A model generated the notes under the pieces. The model ran no database searches. It saw only the letters and a program-made list of their open reading frames with translations, and had not been told where the DNA came from. Source: an uncultured Thermoleophilia bacterium (GTDB taxonomy: Bacteria > Actinomycetota > Thermoleophilia > UBA2241). From it: a DNA stretch of 64,000 nucleotides. The position numbers were made by a program, and so were the translations under genes. The stretch is taken from positions 329,226 to 393,225 of the forward strand of contig CAVVTV010000004.1 of NCBI GenBank assembly GCA_963751215.1, in the 5' to 3' direction. How positions within the stretch are numbered: the stretch's first letter is position 1; every line of letters begins with the position of its first letter. Positions 1 to 9,898 of the stretch are shown one piece after another.

Positions 1-478
1 GGATCTGGAAGAAGGTGTAAACGATGCCGAGTCCGAACATCGTGTAGATCCAGGTGGCTGTGACGTACGGACTCAGCCCGAAGAAGCGCTCTTCCGCCAT
101 GGTGACCAGACCGGTGTAGCCGTAGGTCGCCAGGAAGGCGAACGTGAGCATCACGCCGCCGAACTGTGCCAACACCCCCGACGCCGCCATCACCGTCCGC
201 CGGATCAGGCCCTCGGGGTTGCCCGCGATGACCGCCCAAGCGAGCAACGCCCCGGCTACGGCGCCGGCCACGGCCGTCGCGGCCGAGAGCTCGACCGACG
301 ACCTGAAGGCATCAACGTACGTAGCGGTGTGCACAAGCTTGGACACGTTCCCGAGCGTCGCGCGCCCGGCGTCGGTCCGGAACGCACCGATGAGCACGAT
401 GGCCGTCGGCCAGAACAGGAAGAGTGCGACATAGACGAAAAACGGGACCACCCCGAGGTAACGGGTTGCGTCTCGCAA
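1..478 (-). CDS. ABC transporter permease (iron/polyamine/phosphonate-type), partial, runs off the window
   Basis: Manual translation from TTG at 478 gives MRDATRYLGVVPFFVYVALFLFWPTAIVLIGAF..., a hydrophobic protein directly downstream of a binding-protein gene. Confidence 0.75.
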   Translation of the reverse strand, partial: MRDATRYLGVVPFFVYVALFLFWPTAIVLIGAFRTDAGRATLGNVSKLVHTATYVDAFRSSVELSAATAVAGAVAGALLAWAVIAGNPEGLIRRTVMAASGVLAQFGGVMLTFAFLATYGYTGLVTMAEERFFGLSPYVTATWIYTMFGLGIVYTFFQI

Positions 479-515
479 GCGTCCTAGTCGAGCCCTCTCC
501 GGCGCAAGCGCAGGC

Positions 516-552
516 CCGTCGCCGGGGGTGGCTAGGCCACCCCCGGCGACGG
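516..552. terminator. Perfect 17-bp stem-loop between the binding-protein and permease genes (mRNA stabiliser or attenuator)
   Basis: ccgtcgccgggggtggc-tag-gccacccccggcgacgg. Confidence 0.7.
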
Positions 553-588
553 CGGGACCGGAGTCTCGGCGGCTCTGCGCTGCTTCAC

Positions 589-1738
589 TCACATACCGGT
601 CCAGTTCTTCTGCAGATAGGCGTCAGCCTTGGTCTGCTGCGCCTGCGTGAGCTGCACCGCCGTACCGACCACCTTCGGCTGCGCCTTGAGGGCGGCCGTG
701 TCGATCGTGTGGTGCTTGGTCATGTAGGCCTGCAGCACCGGGTGAGCGCCCCCACGCAGGAACCAGTTCTGGCCCGTGGTGCTGTAGACGAACTCCTCCC
801 ACAGCCGAGCCGCTGCCGGATGTGGGCAGTTCTTGACAATCGCCTGCTGGTAGTACGAGGACACGATGTCGTTCTTCGGGATGACCCACTTCCAGTGGAG
901 GCTGGGGTAGAGAGCCGCCTCGCCCGCCTGGTTGTAGTCCCAGTCGACGACGATCGGCGTCTGCCCGGAGTCCTCCGTGGCCGGGGTCGGGTCGACAGGC
1001 AGGTAGTTCCCGGCGGACTTGAGGTTCTTGAAGAAGGTCACGCCAGGCCCGATGTTGTTGGCCGAGCCGCCGTTCGCCAGCGCCGCCATCACGACGCCGT
1101 TGAAGCCCGCAGCGGCCAGGAGCGGATTGCCGTTGAGGGCGACCATGCCCTTGTACCTGGAGTTGAGGAGGGCTTTCACGGTCGTCGGCACCGTCTTCAC
1201 GATGTTCGCACAGTAGCCGATCGACTCGTACCCCGTGTAGTCGTCGTACCACACGGCGTTTCCCGCCTTCAGACCCTTGGTGATCGCACTCCACTCCGTC
1301 ACCTCGTAGGGCGTGAAGAGCTTCAGGTTCGCCAGCCATGACGGTCGGGCCCAAGTCGACGACGTCCGGCTGACGGCTCGTGCCCTTCAGCTGGGTGACG
1401 GCGTTGACCTCGTCCTGGCTGTTGCCGTTCGGGTTCTCGGAGTTGATCTTGATATGGTACTTCGCCGTGAAGGCCGAGATGATCTTGCCGTAGTCCGCCC
1501 AGCTTGGGGGCAGGGCGATGACGTTGAGCGTGCCCTCTTTCTGCGCGGCCTTGATCAGTCCGGGCAGGCCTCCGAAGGCTTTGGCCGACGTCGCCGTCTG
1601 CGGGTTGACGGTGCTGCGGGGACCGGCCGTTGCAGTGCGGCGCGCGGAAGCGTACGAGGCGTTCCCCACCACTAACATCACGGCGACGACGCACAGGGCG
1701 ACTAACGTCATCCTGCGATAGCGAGAAGCAGACATCAA
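589..1738 (-). pseudogene. ABC transporter extracellular solute-binding protein with a +1 frameshift near 1336 (real lesion or sequencing error)
   Basis: N-half in ORF 623..1738 (signal peptide, AAQKEGTLNVIALPPSWADY); C-half in ORF 589..1302 (HPAAARLWEEFVYS). Removing one G at about 1336 gives the continuous GPTVMLANLKLFTPYEVTEW. Confidence 0.75.
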
Positions 1739-2119
1739 TCCTCCAATTCCAAGTTTGCTGATCAGCTGTCTTCAACGTGCCGCGTGCATATCGGCAACCG
1801 CATGGGAATGCCTGACCCCGGCGCCTCGTGACGCACGCTTACAGTCTTGGGGGCCGGCGACCCGGCCTCATGGAGCCTCGAATGCCGTCCGCGACCGAGA
1901 AGTAACCCTGAATCTTCATCCGCATCCCCCCTTTGCCTCAGTCATCCCCTGCACCGACCTCGACACTATAGCCGACGCCAACGCCATTATATGGCCTGAC
2001 CTACACATGCACACAGTGGTGAGCCTGGTAGACGACCTGAGTTTCGCCTGGGACTATGCATCAACGCACCCCTCAGGTTTCCACAAACGCGGTGCAAGGC
2101 CGCCGGCGCACCCCAATCG

Positions 2120-2764
2120 TCACACCCGCCGCTTCACGGCCGCGTCGGCGAGCACATCAGCGGCCTCGTTGAGTCGCAGGCCCACCACGTCGAGGCGCCG
2201 CAGCAACTCGCGTGACTTGAGAACGTCCATGGAGAGCTCGCCGCGAAAGAGCCGCCCCAGCTCGAGGTCGAAGAGACGCCGGATCTCGTTGGCCGACTTT
2301 TTCGCGGCGAGCGCGCACTGGCCCGTGCCCCGGGGGTCGCTGGCCATGGCCTGCACAGCCACGTGCAGATCGCCGACACCGCTCGCGGCGGCGTCGAGAA
2401 GACCCAGGAAGGCGTCGGTCGCGGCGATCTTGTAGAGGTCCCACTCGCGGGAGAAGTCGCGCAGGTTGTCGAGCACGTCGTCGATGGAACGCGACAGACG
2501 AAAAAGGTCTTCGCGGTCGATGGGGGCGTCGAGCGTGGTGGCGAGCTTGGCCACGAGCTCTGCCCGCAACGTGTCGCCGCGATGCTCGATCTCGGCCATC
2601 TCCTCATGCGCCTCGGTAGGATCCGTTCTCCCCCCGGCCACCGCGCGCGCCAACCGGCAGGCGGCGATGGTCTCGGCGAGCTGCTGCTCGAGGATGGTGA
2701 CCAGAGAACCCGTGCCGCCGCGGCTGAAATAGCGCCCCGACGTCCGTATCTGCGTCCTCTTCAT
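2120..2764 (-). CDS. DUF47 / PhoU-like phosphate transport regulator
   Basis: EHRGD...PIDREDLFRLSRSIDDVLD motifs; ATG at 2764 chosen over the longer ORF start. Confidence 0.85.
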   Translation of the reverse strand: MKRTQIRTSGRYFSRGGTGSLVTILEQQLAETIAACRLARAVAGGRTDPTEAHEEMAEIEHRGDTLRAELVAKLATTLDAPIDREDLFRLSRSIDDVLDNLRDFSREWDLYKIAATDAFLGLLDAAASGVGDLHVAVQAMASDPRGTGQCALAAKKSANEIRRLFDLELGRLFRGELSMDVLKSRELLRRLDVVGLRLNEAADVLADAAVKRRV

Positions 2765-2879
2765 CACCTGCCCCGCCCCTCGCCGCTGGTGTGACCCCCA
2801 CACACCGCCTATAATAGCGCTCCTGGTACGTACCAACAAGGGGGTGCCGCAAATTGTGTTCGCGTCAGGACAAGGACCG

Positions 2880-3682
2880 TCACAATCGCAGCCGCGAGCC
2901 GAGAAGGACGGCGCCGGTGACGACGGCCGCGATCGTGATGGGGAGGCCCGCGGCGATCATCGCCGGCACCTGGTAGACGAGCATCACGTCGGCGGCGGCA
3001 CCTCCGATGAAGCTGGCCGCTATGCAGGCGCGGAAAGCCGGGCTGCGCCACGCGGTGGCGAAAGCGTCGCGGGCCCGTCCGAGCCTTTCCGCCGGTTCCC
3101 CGTTGACGCTCGTATCCACCAGCGCCGCCGCGATCAGGAAGGCGATCGCCACGCTGACCGCCTCGACGCGAACGGCTCCGCGCCAGCCCGTGAGCTGCAC
3201 CAGACCGGCGGTCAGAGGCAAATAGTTGGGCTGGCGAACGCGCCCAGGATGGTCAGCCTGACGATCGCCCGGTTGGGGCCGCGCGGATGCATACGCGCCG
3301 CGGCGGGCTGCGTGATGTGGTAGAAGCCCAACGCCCCCACCAGCCCGCAGCCGCTGCCGTAACAGGCGGCGAAGGCGACGAAGCAAGTCTGAAACGAGGC
3401 GGCCATCATGGCACCCGCCCCGAGAGTGCCGGCCAGGAAGAACGGCGCCCGCGTGCCGGTGCGGTCGGTCAGCCGCCCTCCGGCCACGCCGATGCCACCG
3501 TTCAGCACGAGTATCACGCAGAACACCGATCCGAGCTGCGACAGCGACCAGCCGGTGCTGGTGTGGATCGGCTCGATGAGCACCCACCAGGCGTAGTAGC
3601 AGGCGCCATAGGCGATGATCGTCACGGCTCCCAACACGGCGATCGTCAGCCGCGGCAGCGGCCATGAAGCGGCGTCCTCCAT
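2880..3682 (-). pseudogene. MFS transporter remnant with a frameshift near 3227 and an internal deletion
   Basis: GRLTDRTGTR MFS motif A in ORF 3212..3823; continues as YLPLTAGLVQLTGWR in another frame; total length too short for 12 TM helices. Confidence 0.7.
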
Positions 3683-3875
3683 CAAGCCCGTTGAGTTTTC
3701 GTCATGCCGCCGGCCACGCTTGGCGACCTCCTGCCCGAGGTTCCGAGTCGCATAGTCTCCCATACCCAAGAGCGGGGCATCTCCATGCGCCAGCCCTTGC
3801 CGCTGCGAGACGCTCACACACAACGCGGTTCTAGAACTATCATATGGGCCTACGGCGATCCACGGAGTCTGACCG

Positions 3876-6263
3876 GTGAGCTCAACACCATCTCCCTCAC
3901 ATCCGCCGAGATCTCAGCCGAGCCGGGCTGGGCAGACTCGGCGAGCGCACCTCCACAGGTGGCTGCCCATCACCGCATGGGCCGGCGGCTACCGCCGGCA
4001 GTTGCTCAGGAGCGACACGATCGCCGCCCTCACGGTGATCGGCCTGCTGCTGCCCGAGAGCATGGCGTATGCACAGATCGCCGGCGTACCGCCTCAGGCC
4101 GGGCTCTACGCCACTCTGGCCGCGCTCGTCATCTATGGGTTGTTCGGAACATCGCGCCAGCTCGCCTGCTCGCCGACCTCGACGGCAGCCATCATGGCGG
4201 CCGCCATCGTGGCCGCCCGCGGCCCCACGACCCCGGCGCAGGCGGGCGTGCTAGTGGCCATGGTGGCCGTCCTGGTAGGCTCGATTAGCCTGGCCGCCGG
4301 CATCGCCCGCTTCGGGTTCATCTCGGAGTTCCTCGCCCGCCCGGTGGTTGCCGGGTACGTCATGGGCCTGGCGCTGACCATCATCGTCGGGCAGGTACCG
4401 AAGCTGCTTGGCCTGAACGTGCCGAGCTCCGTCGATGTCTTCCGGCACCTCTACGCGGAGCTCGCTCACCTCAATCAAACGAGCTTCACGACCGCCGCGG
4501 TGAGTGCCTGCGCCCTCACTTTCCTGTTCGCCGCGCGGCGCTGGCCCGCCATCCCCGGCGCGCTGACGGTGTTGGTGCTGGGCCTCGTGCTTTCGGCGGC
4601 CCTTCACCTCGGTGGCCACGGCGTCGCGCTGGTTGGCTCTATCCCCAGCGGGCTCCCCGCCCCGCGCCTGCCAGGCCTCCTGGGCGCCCCCCTGCTCGGC
4701 CTGCTGCCCAGCGCCGCCGGCATCGCCATCGTCGTCTACGCCGAGGCCTTGAGCGGCGCTCGCACTTTCGCCATCCGGCACGGGTATGAGATCGACGCCA
4801 ACCAGGAGCTGGTCGCCCTCGGTCTCGCCAACATCGCTTCCGGGCTCTTCGGCGGCATCGTGGTCAGCGGCGGCTTGTCGGGCTCGGCTCTCAACGAATC
4901 AAGCGGGGCGAAATCGCAGATGAGCGGCCTGATCGGCGCCGGCGTCATGCTCGTCGCGGTACTCGCCGTCACACGCGTCCTGCACGGCCTGCCAGAGGCC
5001 GTTCTGGGGGCAGTCGTGGTGCGCGCCGTGTGGGGCCTGATCGACGTAAAGGCACTGCGGCGCTTCGCCGGCGTGCGTGCCGTCGACGTGGCGCCGGCGC
5101 TGGCCGCTCTGCTCGGCGTCCTGGCGTTCGGCGTGCTGCCCGGCCTCGGAGTCGCCGTGGGCCTCTCGTTCGTCATCTTGTTCTATCGCTTCAGCCGCCC
5201 CTATGCCGCTGAGCTGGGTCGCGTTCCCGAGGAGCCAACGTACTACACCGACCTCGCACGGCACCCCGACAACGAAGCTCTCCCGGGCGTGCTCATCTTC
5301 CGCCTCGACGGGGACCTCTTCTTCGCCAACGCCGGGCTGGCCGTCGATCGCCTCAACCAGCTCCTGAACGTCACTCACCCGGCGCCGCGGGTGGTGATCT
5401 GGAGCCTCGAGCCCACCACCGACGTAGACGTCACCGCGGCCGAGACGCTGCTCGAGCTGGTGCACAACCTGCGCGACAGCGGACGCGACATCGTCTTCGC
5501 GCATACCGGCGGGAGGGTGCTCGATGTGTTCCGCCGCAGCGGGCTCCTGGAGCTCGTCGGCGAGGATCACCTCTTCCTCACCGTAGACGGCGCAGTGCGC
5601 GACGGCATGCACAGCCGTCTCGCCGTCATCGCGGCCCTGGACGGGCAGCTTGCGCAGACCGTCGCCGCCTGCCGGCTGGCCTGCGCCGTGACGGAGGGCA
5701 CCGTCGCTCCTGGCGAGGCGCGCCGGCAAATGACGGCCGTCGAGCACAGGGGCGACGCCCAGCGCGCCGAGCTCGTATCGCGGCTGTCCGGTGTGCTGAT
5801 CGACCCTATCGACCGCGAGGATTTGTTCCGCCTGTCCCGCTCCATCGACGACGTACTCGACAACCTGCGCGACTTCGTACGCGAATGCGACTTGTACGAC
5901 GTAGCGTCCGCTGCCGAGTTCTTGAGCTTGCTGCAGGCCACGGCCGACGGGATCGGCAGCCTTCACCGGGCGGTTCAGACGATCGCCAGGGACCCGCAAG
6001 AGACGGGCCTGTTAGCCCTCGCCGCCAAGAAGGCGGCCGGCGAGATCCGGCGCCTCTACGATCTCGAGCTGGGGGTGCTCTTCAGCGGCGAGCTCACTAT
6101 GGAGGTCCTCAAGGCCCGCGAGCTCCTGCGCCGCCTCGATGTGGTCGGCCTGCGCCTCAGTGAAGCTGCGGACGTGCTTGCCGACGCGGTCGTGAAGCGC
6201 TGGCGCGACGATCCGACGATGGCTCCGCACGCAACCGCCGGTTCCGCCGCCGTGACGACCTGA
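3876..6263 (+). CDS. SulP/SLC26 anion transporter with STAS domain, fused to a C-terminal DUF47 domain
   Basis: PESMAYAQIAGVPPQAGLY, NQELVALGLAN and STAS RLDGDLFFAN, followed by about 200 aa containing PIDREDLFRLSRSIDDVLD. Confidence 0.9.
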   Translation: MSSTPSPSHPPRSQPSRAGQTRRAHLHRWLPITAWAGGYRRQLLRSDTIAALTVIGLLLPESMAYAQIAGVPPQAGLYATLAALVIYGLFGTSRQLACSPTSTAAIMAAAIVAARGPTTPAQAGVLVAMVAVLVGSISLAAGIARFGFISEFLARPVVAGYVMGLALTIIVGQVPKLLGLNVPSSVDVFRHLYAELAHLNQTSFTTAAVSACALTFLFAARRWPAIPGALTVLVLGLVLSAALHLGGHGVALVGSIPSGLPAPRLPGLLGAPLLGLLPSAAGIAIVVYAEALSGARTFAIRHGYEIDANQELVALGLANIASGLFGGIVVSGGLSGSALNESSGAKSQMSGLIGAGVMLVAVLAVTRVLHGLPEAVLGAVVVRAVWGLIDVKALRRFAGVRAVDVAPALAALLGVLAFGVLPGLGVAVGLSFVILFYRFSRPYAAELGRVPEEPTYYTDLARHPDNEALPGVLIFRLDGDLFFANAGLAVDRLNQLLNVTHPAPRVVIWSLEPTTDVDVTAAETLLELVHNLRDSGRDIVFAHTGGRVLDVFRRSGLLELVGEDHLFLTVDGAVRDGMHSRLAVIAALDGQLAQTVAACRLACAVTEGTVAPGEARRQMTAVEHRGDAQRAELVSRLSGVLIDPIDREDLFRLSRSIDDVLDNLRDFVRECDLYDVASAAEFLSLLQATADGIGSLHRAVQTIARDPQETGLLALAAKKAAGEIRRLYDLELGVLFSGELTMEVLKARELLRRLDVVGLRLSEAADVLADAVVKRWRDDPTMAPHATAGSAAVTT

Positions 6264-8746
6264 TGGGCGGCCTGGGCGAACGCCTGCTGGACGACAGCCT
6301 CAGCGCACAGAGCTTTGCCCCTGTGCCGGCGGGCGCGCCTCCGGCGCGCGCCAGGGCCGTGGTGGTCGGCGGCGGCATCATCGGAGCCTCCGTGGCCTTT
6401 CACCTGGCGAGCCTCGGCTGGAACGACACGGTGCTGCTCGAGCGCGGCCACGTGTCGTGTGGCACCACGTGGCACGCCGCGGGCCTAGTCACCCGCACGC
6501 GCGGCAGTCACGTGCTGACCGATCTGGCTGGCTACAGCCGCGACTTCTACGCGGGGCTCGCCGAGCGCTCCGGCGTCGACGTGGGATACTACGAGAACGG
6601 GTCGCTCTCCCTGGCGCAGACGGACGAGCGCATGGTCGAGCTCGGCTACGCTCTCACCATGGCCCGCCACCACGGGCTTGACGCCCACGCGCTCGGCCCC
6701 TCCGAGATCGCCGGCGTCTCAGCGCTGATCGACCCGAGCGGACTGGTGGGCGGCGTGCTGTTCGCCGGCGACGCCACCGTGAATCCCGGCGTCGCCGCGT
6801 TCGCCATCGCCAAAGCCGCCGCCGAGCGCGGGGTGCGGATCGTGGAGGAATGCCGCGTGACCGGGTTTCGGCTGGCGGGGCGGCGCGTGACCGCGGTTGA
6901 AACCGAGCGCGGCCCCGTGGAGTGCGAGGTTGTGGTACTGGCCGCTGGCCTGTGGTCACGCGATCTGGGCCTGCTGGCCGGGGCGCGGCTGCCGCTGCAT
7001 GCCGCCGAGCATATGTGGGTGCAAACCGAGGCCATCGCCGGCGCCAACCGCCGTCTGCCCATCTTGCGCGATCTCGACGGTCGCATCTACGCGCGGCACT
7101 ACCGCGGCGGGCTGGTGATAGGGGCCTTCGAACCCGACGGCAAGCCCAGGCCGACGTCGTCCATTCCGAAGGACTTCGCCTTCGCTGAGTTCACCCCAGA
7201 CTGGGAGCACTTCGCGCCGCCCCTGGCCGCGGCGCGGCGGCGTATCCCGGCCCTGAATGACGCCCGCTTCGCGCATTTCTTGAACGCCCCGGAGAGTTTC
7301 ACCCCCGACGCCACGTTGCTGCTCGGCGAGACGGCGGAAGTGGAGGGTCTCTTCGTCGCCGCCGGCCTGAACTCTCAGGGCATCATCCTCGGCCCGGGCG
7401 TGGGCAAGGCGCTCGCGGAGTGGATGAGCGAGGGGGCACCAACCGTCGACGCGGCCGAGCTCGACGTGCGCCGCTTCGCGCCGCAGCAGGCCAACGCCGG
7501 CTATCTCTTCGAGCGCACCCGCGAAAGCCTCGGCAGGCTCTACGCGATGCACTGGCCGTTCCGCCAGCCCGAGACGGCACGCGGGCTACGGAGGGTGCCG
7601 CTCTACGATCGCCTGGCCGCCGCCGGCGCCTGCTTCGGCGAGGCCGCCGGGTGGGAGCGCGCCAACTGGTACGCGGCGCCCGGCACAGCCGCCGTCTACC
7701 GCTACTCATACGGTCGCCAGAACTGGTTCGAGGCCGTGCGCCGCGAGCATCTGGCTGCCCGCCAGTCGGTCGCGCTCTTCGATCTCTCCTCGTTTGCCAA
7801 ACTGAGCGTCAAGGGGCCCACCGCGCTCGCCTCCGCGCAGCGCGTCTTCTCGTCAGACCTCGACCGCGAGACGGGCTCCGTGACCTATACGTGCATCCTC
7901 AACCGGCGAGGCGGCATCGAGCTCGACGTGACGGTCACGCGGCTCGCCGACGACGACTTCCTCGTTGTCGGTCCGGCTACGGCCCAGGCCAAGCTGGTCC
8001 ATTGGCTCGGGCGGCACGCCGACGCCGCCACGACAATCACCGACGTCACCTCTGCGTACGGCGTCCTGGCCGTGACCGGACCCCGCTCGCGTGACCTCCT
8101 CGCGGAGCTCAGCGACGCGGCCCTCGACGACACCTCCTTCCCGTTCGCCACCGCACGCCGGATCGATGTGGCATGGGCCACGGTCCTCGCCCTGCGCATC
8201 TCCTACGCCGGGGAGCTCGGCTGGGAGCTGCACGCGCCCGTTGAGTCGCTGGTGCCCCTCTACGAGCGCCTCATGCGCGCCGGTGACGCCTTCGGGTTGC
8301 GGCTCGCCGGCTACCACGCTCTCGACTCCCTGCGCGCCGAACGAGGCTTCCGGCACTGGGGCACAGACATTGGGCCGGCCGACACCCCCGCCGAGGCGGG
8401 CCTCGGCTTCACCGTCTCCTTCAGCAAGACCGCCGACTTCATAGGCCGAGAGGCCTTGCAGCGCCGCTCGCGCGAGCCACTGCATCGCCGCCTGGTGCCG
8501 GTGAGGCTCGCCGCCTCGGAGCCGCTCCTCTTCGGTGGCGAGTCGCTGCTCTACCGCGGGCGCGTGGTCGGCCGGGTGACCTCCGGCGCCTACGGATACT
8601 GCCTCGACGCCGCCGTAGGGATGGCTTTTGTGGAGGCGCCGCCGGACGAGCTCGAGACCATCGTGGCTGCGGGCGTCGTGGAGGTGGAGATCGCCGGCAC
8701 ACCGGTGCCGGCCCTGCTCAGCAGGCGCCCTTTCTACCACGCCTGA
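6263..8746 (+). CDS. FAD-dependent dimethylglycine/sarcosine dehydrogenase-like protein (GcvT family)
   Basis: GGGIIG FAD motif, GTTWHAAG, FTPD, GWERANWY, YAGELGWE; TGATG overlap with the upstream gene. Confidence 0.9.
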   Translation: MGGLGERLLDDSLSAQSFAPVPAGAPPARARAVVVGGGIIGASVAFHLASLGWNDTVLLERGHVSCGTTWHAAGLVTRTRGSHVLTDLAGYSRDFYAGLAERSGVDVGYYENGSLSLAQTDERMVELGYALTMARHHGLDAHALGPSEIAGVSALIDPSGLVGGVLFAGDATVNPGVAAFAIAKAAAERGVRIVEECRVTGFRLAGRRVTAVETERGPVECEVVVLAAGLWSRDLGLLAGARLPLHAAEHMWVQTEAIAGANRRLPILRDLDGRIYARHYRGGLVIGAFEPDGKPRPTSSIPKDFAFAEFTPDWEHFAPPLAAARRRIPALNDARFAHFLNAPESFTPDATLLLGETAEVEGLFVAAGLNSQGIILGPGVGKALAEWMSEGAPTVDAAELDVRRFAPQQANAGYLFERTRESLGRLYAMHWPFRQPETARGLRRVPLYDRLAAAGACFGEAAGWERANWYAAPGTAAVYRYSYGRQNWFEAVRREHLAARQSVALFDLSSFAKLSVKGPTALASAQRVFSSDLDRETGSVTYTCILNRRGGIELDVTVTRLADDDFLVVGPATAQAKLVHWLGRHADAATTITDVTSAYGVLAVTGPRSRDLLAELSDAALDDTSFPFATARRIDVAWATVLALRISYAGELGWELHAPVESLVPLYERLMRAGDAFGLRLAGYHALDSLRAERGFRHWGTDIGPADTPAEAGLGFTVSFSKTADFIGREALQRRSREPLHRRLVPVRLAASEPLLFGGESLLYRGRVVGRVTSGAYGYCLDAAVGMAFVEAPPDELETIVAAGVVEVEIAGTPVPALLSRRPFYHA

Positions 8747-8781
8747 CGCCAACGGCCACGTGGCGAGGCCGTGGCAGAGCG

Positions 8782-9252
8782 CTACGCACGAGGTCGTCGC
8801 CCGGCGCTCGCGCGGAGGCTCTTCACCAGCACATTCTGCTGTTTGGCAAGGCGGAAACCGCGGTGCTCGTAGAAGGCCCTGGCCGCAGTGCGCTCCAGGC
8901 GTGCGCGTACACAGACACGGTTCACACCTCTCTGCCGCGCCCACTCGTCCACCCGCCGTGCCAGAGCAACGCCGAGCCCGTGGCCACGCTGGGTCTCGCC
9001 CACGATGAACGCCATGATCTCCACGAAGGGCTCGTCGGCGAGCCCGATACAGTACTGGCAGTGGAGCCAGCCGGCGACTCTCCCAGCGGCGGACTCGGCG
9101 ACGAATACCATGTGGTCGGTATCGGGGAGGATCCGGCCAAGGCGGCGGCTCGCTTCTGCGGCGGTCTGCGGATAGCCCATTTCGCCGGACAGCGAAGCCA
9201 GGGCTTCGGCGTCCGCCAGTGTCGCCGGTCGGATACGTGTGGTCGCGCTCAC
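8782..9252 (-). CDS. GNAT family N-acetyltransferase
   Basis: GTG start after GGAGG; QRGHGLG acetyl-CoA motif and AFYEHRGF. Confidence 0.85.
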   Translation of the reverse strand: MSATTRIRPATLADAEALASLSGEMGYPQTAAEASRRLGRILPDTDHMVFVAESAAGRVAGWLHCQYCIGLADEPFVEIMAFIVGETQRGHGLGVALARRVDEWARQRGVNRVCVRARLERTAARAFYEHRGFRLAKQQNVLVKSLRASAGRRPRA

Positions 9253-9402
9253 AGCCCTCCGTTGGTGCCGCCCGGGGCGCACTGTATCACGCGCCCGGCT
9301 GCGGCGAGCCGTCGGGTCGGGGTCGATGCCTTGCGCACCCACCGCGACCCCGCCGCGCCACGGGCTCTGGCAGCCGTAGGCCTTGGGCCAGGAGGCGCAC
9401 AG

Positions 9403-9418
9403 ATACCCTAGGGGGTAC
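9403..9418. promoter_or_regulatory. CsoR/RcnR-family operator-like site
   Basis: ATACCCTAGGGGGTAC (TACCC...GGGGTA) next to a TAGTGT -10-like hexamer at 9421-9426. Confidence 0.55.
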
Positions 9419-9453
9419 TGTAGTGTCTCGTCAACGACGCGCGAGGAGTGAAC

Positions 9454-9768
9454 ATGGCGAAGGCGACCATCAACAGCGGCATCTGTGGCATGACGACGAC
9501 GGTCAGCGCCACTGCCAAAGGTCGCGGAGTGTTCCTCGAGTTCGAGAGCGACTGCGGCTACGTGCAAGCTCTCGCCGAGGAGCTGACCGAGGTCGAGCCG
9601 TTCCGCGAGATTAGCTACCGCGGGGAGGGTCCGCTGACCCTCCGCCTCGCGGCGCAGCATCTCGTGCATCCGGCCTGCCCGGTGCCGTCAGGGATCATCA
9701 AGGCGATTGAGGTGGCGTCTGGTCTGGCTCTGCCCAAAGACGCCCATATCAGCCCGGTCAACGAGTAG
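9454..9768 (+). CDS. DUF6951-like small Cys/His protein
   Basis: GAGGAG RBS; GICG, SDC and HPACPVPSGIIKAIEV...LALP motifs. Confidence 0.75.
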   Translation: MAKATINSGICGMTTTVSATAKGRGVFLEFESDCGYVQALAEELTEVEPFREISYRGEGPLTLRLAAQHLVHPACPVPSGIIKAIEVASGLALPKDAHISPVNE

Positions 9769-9898
9769 CGCGGCCGTCCTGGCCTCGTCGGACTCGTCAC
9801 TGGCCGACCCGGAACCGCGGCACGGCCAACCACACTGCTGATATGCTGGCGCCACCGTCGCCGGCGCGCCCGGCATTCACTGCGGAAAGGACCAGAGC

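Noticed and set aside
1760-2110. Long leader of the ABC operon as a PHO box array or riboswitch
   Set aside because: I could not find convincing 11-bp GTTCA repeats or a known riboswitch core by eye
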